A DNA stretch of 64,000 bases from Candidatus Saccharimonadales bacterium. GTDB taxonomy: Bacteria; Patescibacteriota; Saccharimonadia; Saccharimonadales; UBA10212. A program made the position numbers and the translations under genes. Below the pieces are notes generated by a model. The model did not search any database and had not been told where the DNA came from. It saw only the letters and a list, made by a program, of their open reading frames with translations. The stretch spans positions 34,717-98,716 of the forward strand of contig JBEKOJ010000001.1 of the NCBI GenBank assembly GCA_049521895.1. Reading direction: 5' to 3'. Below are positions 1 through 7,573 of the stretch, piece after piece. How positions within the stretch are numbered: position 1 is the stretch's first letter; every line of letters starts with the position of its first letter.

Positions 1-258
1 CGGGCAATCATGTACGCTCAACCGCTGGATGAAGAGGCTCAAACCCGCGCCGTAGAAACCGAGCTAACCCTGGCTGCCCGTGGTTCAGTAGATAACGCCA
101 GCCAGATTACTAAGGCCGAACGCTATGAGGAGACAGACTTTACGCCACAAGACGAAGAACTGGCTAAAGAAGCTCGCTTGCACACTCAGCGCAAAAAAGC
201 TCGCAAGGCCGAGCGCCAGCGCAAACAAAAAGCCAAGCGCAGGAATAAAAAACATTAA
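1..258 (+). CDS. 3' end of an unidentified protein (partial at window edge) with Lys/Arg-rich tail
   Basis: Frame 1 is open from position 1 (ORF track 10..258). Tail is KKARKAERQRKQKAKRRNKK. No recognisable domain. Confidence 0.3.
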   Translation, partial: RAIMYAQPLDEEAQTRAVETELTLAARGSVDNASQITKAERYEETDFTPQDEELAKEARLHTQRKKARKAERQRKQKAKRRNKKH

Positions 259-401
259 AATGCTTGGCTTTTATTTAACATTTCTCATTTCTCATTTAGC
301 ATTATTTTTTCAATTTTCATTTATCATTGCAGCTACAATGTCTAAATGCCACCTGTTGAATAAATGTGAATTGTCAAATGTAAAATGGTAAACTTTTCGG
401 G
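259..401. repeat. AT-rich intergenic module, copy 1 (CATTTNN heptamer run, then inverted GTAAAAT/TGTAAAATG repeats)
   Basis: Sequence catttctcatttctcatttagcatt ... aaatgtgaattgtcaaatgtaaaatgg. The two halves are imperfect reverse complements. Same architecture as 1686-1832 and 3784-3922. Confidence 0.6.
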
Positions 402-1685
402 ATGAAACACACTGTTAAGGAAGTAGAACTTAAAAATGGCGCCCGTGGACTGTTTATAGATGTGCCCGGTGCCACCGTCACTAGCTATGAGCTTAATTTT
501 CGGGCCGGCGAATATCTCCTAAAAGCCAAAAATAAATGGGAAGCGCCCCATATTATGGAGCACGTGATTTTGGGTGCCAACGAAGAATATCCGGACACCC
601 AAGCTTTCCAGGCCGAGTTTAATAAAAATGGTGCTTTCACCAATGCCTATACCAGTTACTACTATATTAATTACGTGGGTGAAACTGCCGATTTTGAATG
701 GGAACGGGTACTGCGCTTGCAGCTGATGGCACTGGCCAAACCGCTGTTTTTGGAGGCCGAATTTGCAGCCGAGATTGGCAACATCCGCGATGAGCTGGTC
801 AGTTATTCTAATAATTATTTCCGTGTTTTGAGCAGTGAAATGAGCAAAGACTTCGGCTTTAAGATCAAAACCGACAAAGAACGCGCTAAGCTGATAGATA
901 ATGTAACCCGCCAGGACGTCATTGATCACTACAAACGTACGCACTTTAGCCGCAATATGCGTTTTATTGTTGCCGGCAACCTGCGTGGCCGCCGTCCGGC
1001 GCTCAAAAGAGTTTTAGAATCATTGGAGTTGCCGACTGGCGCTGCCGGCTTTAAGTTGCCTAAAGAGCAGGCCAAAAAACCCGTCCGTACAACTTTTGTG
1101 CCCAACAAAACGGTTGACAATATCTATTTGGCCATCAGTACCTATTTGAATGATATGCTTAGTATCCGTGAGGATGATGCGCTGGGGTTAGCGCGCATCA
1201 TGTTGACTGATACCTTATATTCCAAAATTTTCGGCCAAGCCCGCGAAAAAGGGCTGGTTTATGCCGTTTATTCCGGCCACAATCAAATGAGCAAAACTGC
1301 CGAGTGGTGGCTAAGCGCTCAAGTATTGCCGCAGAATGCTCCAGCGCTCTGCGACATCATTTTGTTGGAGCTCAAAAAGGTCCAAAGTGGCCTGATAGAT
1401 GATGCTAGCTTGGACGCTGCTAAAAAGTATGCTCTAGGTTCATTCCAGCGCTCTATGCAAACAGTTGGCGCTGTGGCCGCCGCTTACGGCCGCTACTTTT
1501 TTGATGGCTACATAGAGGATATGAAATCTATTCCGGAGCGCATTAAAACCGTTAGCAAGAAAGATATGGCCGCGGCCATGCGCCGGATGTTTAATGAAGA
1601 CATCAGCGGCGTAGGAGTTTTGGGCGGCACCGATGCCAGCATTGCCCCAAAGCTTAACGACCAGCTCCGACCTCTTTGGCGCTGA
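402..1685 (+). CDS. M16 (pitrilysin/insulinase) family zinc peptidase
   Basis: 427 aa with an inverted zinc motif HxxEH (HIMEH) near the N-terminus. Two-lobed M16-like length. Confidence 0.75.
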   Translation: MKHTVKEVELKNGARGLFIDVPGATVTSYELNFRAGEYLLKAKNKWEAPHIMEHVILGANEEYPDTQAFQAEFNKNGAFTNAYTSYYYINYVGETADFEWERVLRLQLMALAKPLFLEAEFAAEIGNIRDELVSYSNNYFRVLSSEMSKDFGFKIKTDKERAKLIDNVTRQDVIDHYKRTHFSRNMRFIVAGNLRGRRPALKRVLESLELPTGAAGFKLPKEQAKKPVRTTFVPNKTVDNIYLAISTYLNDMLSIREDDALGLARIMLTDTLYSKIFGQAREKGLVYAVYSGHNQMSKTAEWWLSAQVLPQNAPALCDIILLELKKVQSGLIDDASLDAAKKYALGSFQRSMQTVGAVAAAYGRYFFDGYIEDMKSIPERIKTVSKKDMAAAMRRMFNEDISGVGVLGGTDASIAPKLNDQLRPLWR

Positions 1686-1832
1686 GAGCGTCAATTTACC
1701 ATTAATCATTTCCCGTTTAGCATTTATTTTTCATTCGTCATTTATCAATACAGCAACAGTTGTAAAATGTTAATTTGTTAAATAAATGTAAAATGGTAAG
1801 TGTAAAGTATTAAATTCTCCGAAGGAGATTTT
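1686..1832. repeat. AT-rich intergenic module, copy 2
   Basis: Sequence ccattaatcatttcccgtttagcatttatttttcattcgtcattt ... tgtaaaatgttaatttgttaaataaatgtaaaatgg. AAGGAG SD precedes the prfB GTG. Confidence 0.6.
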
Positions 1833-2942
1833 GTGGACGAGCTAAAAAATCAGCTAGATAAGCTGAACAACGAAGTTAGCCAAGCCGCTGGCCGGATCGG
1901 TCTGGACGAGCTGGAATCTGAATTAAATGAGCTGCGCCAACAGATGCAAGCGCCAGATTTTTGGGCCGACAATAAAAAGGCGCAAGAAATCAGCAAGCAA
2001 GAAGCTAACATGGCTCACCGCGTAGAACCTTGGCAAAAACTACAGCGAGAAATTGGTGAGGCTGGCGAACTAATAAGCCTTAGCGATACTAGTCTGGAAA
2101 AAGAACTTGCGGCTAAACTCTCAGCTCTCAGCTCTCAGCTCTCAGCTCTAAAACGCGAGCTGCGTTTCAGTGGTCCATACGATGACCACGATGTGATTTT
2201 GGGTGTCTATGCCGGCGCCGGTGGCACCGATGCCCAGGACTGGGCACAGATGCTGCTCAGGATGTACTTACGCTGGGCCGAAGCCCAAAAACTAAAAGCC
2301 GAAATTGTCGATCAATCGGCGGGCGAGGAAGCTGGCATCAAAAGTGCTACCGTTAAACTCTCCGGCGGCAGCTTTTTATATGGCAAACTGGTCGGCGAGC
2401 ACGGCGTGCACCGCTTGGTACGCCTCAGTCCGTTTAATGCCGATAACTTGCGCCAGACTAGCTTTGCCAAAGTTGAAATTTTACCTTTGATTGACAGGCC
2501 CGATGAGGTGCAGCTTGACGAAAAAGATCTCAAAATCGATGTTTTCCGGTCCGGCGGCCATGGCGGCCAATCGGTTAATACTACCGACTCCGCAGTGCGC
2601 GTAACACATTTGCCGACGGGCATCACAGTAAGCGTCCAAAATGAGCGCTCCCAACTGCAAAACCGTGAAACCGCTCTGGGAATTTTGCGCTCGCGCCTGG
2701 CGGCGCTGCAACTGGAACAACACGTCAAAAACCTAGCGGACATTAAGGGTCCAAACCAATCGGCGGAGTGGGGCAACCAAATCCGCAGCTACGTCCTGCA
2801 TCCTTATAAACAGGTTAAAGATAACCGCACCGGCTTTGAATCCAGCGACGTCGAGAAGGTCTTAGACGGCAATCTTAATCCTCTCATCGACGCCTGCCTA
2901 GAAGCAGACTTTCGAGCTAGCTCGTCTTCACCTCGACCCTAA
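1833..2942 (+). CDS. prfB: peptide chain release factor 2; single uninterrupted frame; last ~13 codons supplied by a MITE
   Basis: SPF tripeptide (RLSPFNA) and GGQ motif (SGGHGGQSVN). 369 aa, GTG start after AAGGAG. No in-frame TGA frameshift site. Confidence 0.9.
   Translation: MDELKNQLDKLNNEVSQAAGRIGLDELESELNELRQQMQAPDFWADNKKAQEISKQEANMAHRVEPWQKLQREIGEAGELISLSDTSLEKELAAKLSALSSQLSALKRELRFSGPYDDHDVILGVYAGAGGTDAQDWAQMLLRMYLRWAEAQKLKAEIVDQSAGEEAGIKSATVKLSGGSFLYGKLVGEHGVHRLVRLSPFNADNLRQTSFAKVEILPLIDRPDEVQLDEKDLKIDVFRSGGHGGQSVNTTDSAVRVTHLPTGITVSVQNERSQLQNRETALGILRSRLAALQLEQHVKNLADIKGPNQSAEWGNQIRSYVLHPYKQVKDNRTGFESSDVEKVLDGNLNPLIDACLEADFRASSSSPRP
2118..2149 (+). repeat. heptanucleotide tandem repeat (period 7, ~4.5 units) inside prfB
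   Basis: Sequence ctctcagctctcagctctcagctctcagctct, encoding LSALSSQLSAL. Confidence 0.8.
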
Positions 2943-3051
2943 TTATTCGACGTTAAGCTATTAGTCCCGAAAAATTTTAAGTAATTGGAAGGTTTAATGA
3001 CGAGCTAGGGTTCCAAGCTTTGTCGAATAATCTCGAAAGCTCGCTTCTAGG
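2897..3051. mobile_element. MITE copy A (~155 bp), 4-bp target duplication CCTG
   Basis: TIRs are cctagaagcagactttcgag and ctcgaaagctcgcttctagg. Flanked by CCTG (2893-2896 and 3052-3055). Internal sequence is homologous to the 14801-14956 copy. Confidence 0.65.
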
Positions 3052-3102
3052 CCTGGCTCGAGCAGCCCAAACCGTAAACATTATCTGATATACTTGTAAG
3101 CG

Positions 3103-3783
3103 ATGATTTTACTCGATAGAGTAACAAAAACTTACAACCGCAGGGGTTCAGCACTAGAGCGTGTCTCACTGCATATTGAGCCTAAAGAATTCGTGATTAT
3201 TGTTGGCCAAAGCGGCGCTGGCAAAACCACGCTATTCCGCTTGCTGACACGCGAAGAAAAACCCACCAGTGGCAAAATTGTGGTGGGCGGCATAGATTAT
3301 GACAAGCTGAAGGACAAAGACGTACCAATGCTAAGGCGTAAAATTGGCGTGGTGTTTCAGGATTTTAAGCTCTTGCCCAATAAAACGGCCTATGAAAACG
3401 TAGCCTTTGCCCTAGAAATTGCCGGGCTGAGCAACCCTGAAATCAAGCACACCATTCCCAAAGTCTTAGATCTCGTAGGCCTCAAGGGTAAAGAAAAAAA
3501 CTACCCGTTAGAATTGTCCGGCGGCGAGCGCCAGCGTGTGGCTATTGCCCGGGCGGTGGTGCGCCAGCCTAAGATTCTGATAGCCGATGAGCCCACTGGT
3601 AATCTGGATCCTAAACATGCCTGGGATGTTATAAAAGTGCTGGAAAAAATTAATAAATTTGGCACTACAGTCCTCCTGACCACGCACAACCAAGACATCG
3701 TTAATGCCTTACGCCGCCGCGTGGTAACTATCAAAGATGGAAAAATCGTGTCCGACAGGGCAGTAGGACAATATAAGTCATGA
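3103..3783 (+). CDS. ftsE: cell-division ABC ATPase FtsE
   Basis: Walker A GQSGAGKTT, signature LSGGERQR, Walker B ILIADEPT. 226 aa, upstream of ftsX. Confidence 0.9.
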   Translation: MILLDRVTKTYNRRGSALERVSLHIEPKEFVIIVGQSGAGKTTLFRLLTREEKPTSGKIVVGGIDYDKLKDKDVPMLRRKIGVVFQDFKLLPNKTAYENVAFALEIAGLSNPEIKHTIPKVLDLVGLKGKEKNYPLELSGGERQRVAIARAVVRQPKILIADEPTGNLDPKHAWDVIKVLEKINKFGTTVLLTTHNQDIVNALRRRVVTIKDGKIVSDRAVGQYKS

Positions 3784-3922
3784 TTGCATCATTCCATTTA
3801 CCATTTACCATTTACCATTTACCATTAATTTCTCATTTTTCATTTCTCAATGGCCAATTGTTAAATGATAAATCATTGAAAATTGTAAATTGTAAATTGA
3901 AAACTGCTGCCGGAGGAAGCCT
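3784..3922. repeat. AT-rich intergenic module, copy 3 (CATTTAC x4.5), separating ftsE from ftsX
   Basis: Sequence ccatttaccatttaccatttaccatttaccatt ... aattgtaaattgtaaattg (inverted). GGAGGA SD precedes the ftsX GTG. Confidence 0.6.
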
Positions 3923-4864
3923 GTGAAACCGCACCGTTTTATAACACTCGAGCGTATTCTCAAAAGCGGCACTATCAATTTCGGCCGTAATATCTGGCTG
4001 GCTATCGCTGCCATGGCCATGATGAGCATCACTCTAACGATCTTACTATTTGCGGTGGTAGCCAACGCCACTTTCAGCCATACCGTAAATAATCTGACCA
4101 GCCATATTGACGTCTCGGTATATCTTAAAGACAGCGTTACCGATACTCAGCGCAACCAGCTAATTAAAGAGTTGGACGGTATCAATAACGTCAAGTCGGT
4201 TACTTATATCAGCAAGGCTCAGGCGCTTAAAACTTATGAAGCGCAGAATGCCAATAATACGGACTTGCTGCAAGCAATTTCCGAAACTTCTAACCCATTG
4301 CCGGCCAGTTTGGACATCATGCCCAAAGACCCCAACCAGCTGCAAAGCATCAAGAATTTCTTAGATAAGCCATCTATAGCAGCCATGCAATCCGACCCCA
4401 CAAGTTACTCTGGTGACCGCAAAGCAGCTATCGACAAAATTACTGCAGCAACCCACTTTTTTGAAGAAGCCGGTGTTATCGGCATTATTATCTTCGTTGT
4501 AATTTCCATATTGATTATCTTCAACACCATCCGTATGACCATTTTCAACCGTCGCGACGAGTTGGTCATAATGCGTCTACTGGGCGCTGGCACTTGGTAT
4601 ATTCGTGGGCCTTTTGTGGTAGAGACCATGCTTTATGGCGCCGTAGCAGCCGCCGTCTCACTTGCCATCTGCTCTTCGCTATTTGCCGTTGCCAGCCAGA
4701 CATTGCAAGCTAGCAGCTTAGGCTTGCTAGACATAACTTATTCCGGCCACTACTTCCGCCAGCATCTATGGCTAATCTTAGTCGGTCAAATTGCAGCTGG
4801 TATAATAATAGGAGCCGCGTCTTCCGCTCTTGCCACGCGGCGATACTTGCGGCTAAAGAGTTAG
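3923..4864 (+). CDS. ftsX: cell-division permease-like protein FtsX
   Basis: 313 aa. One N-terminal TM, a large extracytoplasmic loop and three C-terminal TM segments. Follows ftsE. Confidence 0.85.
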   Translation: MKPHRFITLERILKSGTINFGRNIWLAIAAMAMMSITLTILLFAVVANATFSHTVNNLTSHIDVSVYLKDSVTDTQRNQLIKELDGINNVKSVTYISKAQALKTYEAQNANNTDLLQAISETSNPLPASLDIMPKDPNQLQSIKNFLDKPSIAAMQSDPTSYSGDRKAAIDKITAATHFFEEAGVIGIIIFVVISILIIFNTIRMTIFNRRDELVIMRLLGAGTWYIRGPFVVETMLYGAVAAAVSLAICSSLFAVASQTLQASSLGLLDITYSGHYFRQHLWLILVGQIAAGIIIGAASSALATRRYLRLKS

Positions 4865-4943
4865 CGCAGGCAACTCAACCGACAACAAATAAACTTGCTA
4901 AAAATTTGTAAATCTCGCATCCCCGGTCCGGGGGTGGGGTCTG

Positions 4944-4971
4944 TTGACTCAAACGACAGGAGTGCTATAGT
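4944..4971 (+). promoter_or_regulatory. sigma70-like promoter TTGACT-16-TATAGT, 10 nt before ATG 4982
   Basis: Read directly from the sequence. No SD between the -10 and the ATG. Confidence 0.45.
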
Positions 4972-4981
4972 GAAAGTGTTC

Positions 4982-6157
4982 ATGCTAAAACAAAAATCCA
5001 TAAAAATCAGGCTAAGCTATTTATTGGGCGCGCTACTGTTTGCCGGTGCTTTTGGGCTGGCTACTTTTTATAACGGTTTAGTGCATGCCGACCAATTTGA
5101 TCAGCAGATACAAGCCCTACAAGATCAAAATGCCACCGATTACCAGAGCTCGCAGCAGTTCGGTACACAGGTTAGCAACTACCAGGATCAAGTTAACCAG
5201 TTAGCGGCACAGATAGGTGGCCTACAACAGTCTATTGTTGCCGCCCAGCAACAAAGCGATGCGCTGCAGGCAGAAATAGACCAAAAACAAGCTGACCTTG
5301 ATCAGCAAAAGAAAGTGCTAGGTGAGGATATCAAAGCCATGTACCTGGAAGGACAGACTTCCACGCTAGAAATATTGGCCAGCAGTAATAACTTAAGCGA
5401 CTTTGTCAATAAAGAGGTAGACCGCAGCGCTGTCCAAAACAAGGTTAAGGCGTCAGTCGACCAGATCAATACCCTCAAAATTCAATTACAGCAAAAACAA
5501 CAACAGCTGCAAGAATCGATTAAAAGTCAACAAGCACAACAAGCCCAACTACAAGGCGACGAAAATCAACAGAGCCAGCTGCTGGCTTATTCTGAGGAAC
5601 AAAAGGCCACCCTTGACCAGCAAATCCAAGCTAATAACGCCTCCATAGTTTCACTTAGGGCCCAGCAATTTGCCGCTAACCACCGCCTCTTAAGTGGTGG
5701 TGGCGTGTCGATTGTTTACAGTGGCGCCTGCGGTGGCGGCTACCCGGCAGATGCGCTAAATTCTGCTAGCTTTCACTGGGGTTGTAATTATCCCCAAGAC
5801 AATACGTTTGATAACTGGGGCATGTATAACCGCGAATGTGTCAGCTATACCGCTTGGAAAGTTTACCAAGCCTACGGCTACATGCCGTACTGGGGCGGAG
5901 TAGGCAATGCTGACCAATGGCCTGGCGATGCCGATGCCTATGGTATACCAAGAGGCTCTACCCCTAAGGTTGGCTCGGTAGCTATCGGCACCAACCCATA
6001 CTACTTTGGATCTGTCGGTCACGCCATGTGGGTGGAGGCTGTCAATGGTGATGGCACCATCGTAGTTAGCCAGTATAACTTCGGCGAAGAAGGCCAGTAC
6101 AGCGAAATGACCATTGACGCCAACCTAATGTCGACATTTATCTACTTTGGCGGCTAA
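4982..6157 (+). CDS. PcsB-like secreted peptidoglycan hydrolase (long Gln-rich coiled coil + C-terminal CHAP domain)
   Basis: Signal/TM IRLSYLLGALLFAGAF, ~250 aa of Q-rich heptads, CHAP-like C-terminus (NRECVSYTAWKV ... GHAMWVEAV). The ORF track start at 4895 (TTG) is judged too long. Confidence 0.7.
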   Translation: MLKQKSIKIRLSYLLGALLFAGAFGLATFYNGLVHADQFDQQIQALQDQNATDYQSSQQFGTQVSNYQDQVNQLAAQIGGLQQSIVAAQQQSDALQAEIDQKQADLDQQKKVLGEDIKAMYLEGQTSTLEILASSNNLSDFVNKEVDRSAVQNKVKASVDQINTLKIQLQQKQQQLQESIKSQQAQQAQLQGDENQQSQLLAYSEEQKATLDQQIQANNASIVSLRAQQFAANHRLLSGGGVSIVYSGACGGGYPADALNSASFHWGCNYPQDNTFDNWGMYNRECVSYTAWKVYQAYGYMPYWGGVGNADQWPGDADAYGIPRGSTPKVGSVAIGTNPYYFGSVGHAMWVEAVNGDGTIVVSQYNFGEEGQYSEMTIDANLMSTFIYFGG

Positions 6158-6180
6158 ACCATAAGTTATAATAAGCGTTA

Positions 6181-7446
6181 GTGGCAAGAAGTCCATCTAA
6201 TCCGGAGCCGCAAGTGGCAGCTAGTGAGAAAGTTAAAGCTAGGTCTAAAAAGCGCTGGCCGCTCCTGAAGATATTACTGAGTCTAGCGGCTACTTGTTTA
6301 GTGTTCGCCGGCGGCGTAGAAGTCGGCCGTGGTAACCTGCACATCCAGGGCCTGAGCCCACAAATTGCCAACCAGAACTTGCCCTCGCAGCTTAACTACT
6401 CATCTGTTAACCAGGTCTATAACTTGCTTAGGACTGATTTTGACGGCAGCCTGAATACCAGCCAATTGCTTGACGGCATAAAGTCCGGCTTGGTCTCGGC
6501 AGCTGGCGACCCCTATACCGAATATTTTAATGCCGCAGACGCCAAGGCGCTCAATAACGAGCTAGCCGGTAGTATCACTGGTATTGGCGCCGAGCTGGGC
6601 ACTAATTCTGACAATGACCTGGTTGTAGTTTCGCCCCTGTCTGGTTATCCAGCTGATAAGGCCGGCCTCAAGCCCCAGGACATCATCGCAGCCATCAACG
6701 GCCAATCGACTCAAGGCATGAGCATCGACACGGCAGTCACTAAAATCCGTGGCCAAGTAGGCACCAAGGTCACCCTCGGTATTATCAGGGATGGCGGAGC
6801 ACCATTTAACGTGCAGATTACCCGCCAGCAAATTACTATCCCCAGCGTGACCTACCAAGTTGATAACAATATCGGCTATATCAAAATAAGCCAGTTTACT
6901 AACGATACCGTCAGCCTATCGCAACAGGCAGCCCAGAATTTCAAATCCAAAGGGGTCAAAGGCGTAGTATTAGATCTTCGTGGCAACCCGGGTGGTTATC
7001 TTAATGATGCTGTAAGCATTTCCAGCTTGTGGCTGAACAAAGGCCAAGTGGTAGTGTCTGAACGTCGAGGCAGCACCATTATTGATACCGAATATGCCAC
7101 TGGCAATAATCCGCTGTATGGCTTACCGACGGCAGTATTAATTGACGGCGGTTCCGCCAGCGCCTCTGAAATTACCGCTGGCGCATTGCGCGATAACGGC
7201 GTGGCGACGCTGGTAGGTGAAAAAAGTTTCGGCAAGGGCAGTGTGCAGGAAGTAGAAAATCTCGGTGGCGGCGGCGAGCTCAAGGTTACCATTGCCCACT
7301 GGTATACACCGGACGGCAAAAACATAAATAAACAAGGTATTACACCTGACGTGGTCGTTGGTATAACTGACGCCCAGAGTAAAGCCGGCCAGGATCCACA
7401 AAAAGACAAAGCATTTTCTATCATCCAAGCCAAGATCTCATCCTAG
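6181..7446 (+). CDS. S41 C-terminal processing peptidase with PDZ domain
   Basis: PDZ-like GLKPQDIIAAINGQ, S41 core LDLRGNPGGY and GSASASEI, N-terminal TM. GTG start 8 nt after TATAAT (6167-6172). Confidence 0.85.
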   Translation: MARSPSNPEPQVAASEKVKARSKKRWPLLKILLSLAATCLVFAGGVEVGRGNLHIQGLSPQIANQNLPSQLNYSSVNQVYNLLRTDFDGSLNTSQLLDGIKSGLVSAAGDPYTEYFNAADAKALNNELAGSITGIGAELGTNSDNDLVVVSPLSGYPADKAGLKPQDIIAAINGQSTQGMSIDTAVTKIRGQVGTKVTLGIIRDGGAPFNVQITRQQITIPSVTYQVDNNIGYIKISQFTNDTVSLSQQAAQNFKSKGVKGVVLDLRGNPGGYLNDAVSISSLWLNKGQVVVSERRGSTIIDTEYATGNNPLYGLPTAVLIDGGSASASEITAGALRDNGVATLVGEKSFGKGSVQEVENLGGGGELKVTIAHWYTPDGKNINKQGITPDVVVGITDAQSKAGQDPQKDKAFSIIQAKISS

Positions 7447-7447
7447 C

Positions 7448-7474
7448 AGGGAATACTTAACAAGTTAAGTAATT
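7448..7474. repeat. GGGAATAC-hairpin repeat, copy 1
   Basis: Sequence agggaatacttaacaagttaagtaatt, directly after the S41 stop. Stem is ACTTAAC/GTTAAGT. Confidence 0.55.
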
Positions 7475-7573
7475 CAGCTGATAGTTTTTAGGACTCGCTA
7501 CAAACTAAAAACTATAAACTATAAACTGGTTTGTGCTATATTTTAGGTGATAGTAAGGAGAGGCAGCTTTAGC

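Noticed and set aside
1833-2942. Programmed +1 frameshift in prfB, or alternative genetic code (UGA reassignment)
   Set aside because: RF2 is encoded in one uninterrupted 369-codon frame with no early in-frame TGA. RF2 itself is present, and TGA ends several well-supported genes (for example M16 peptidase at 1683-1685 and ftsE at 3781-3783). The standard code applies.
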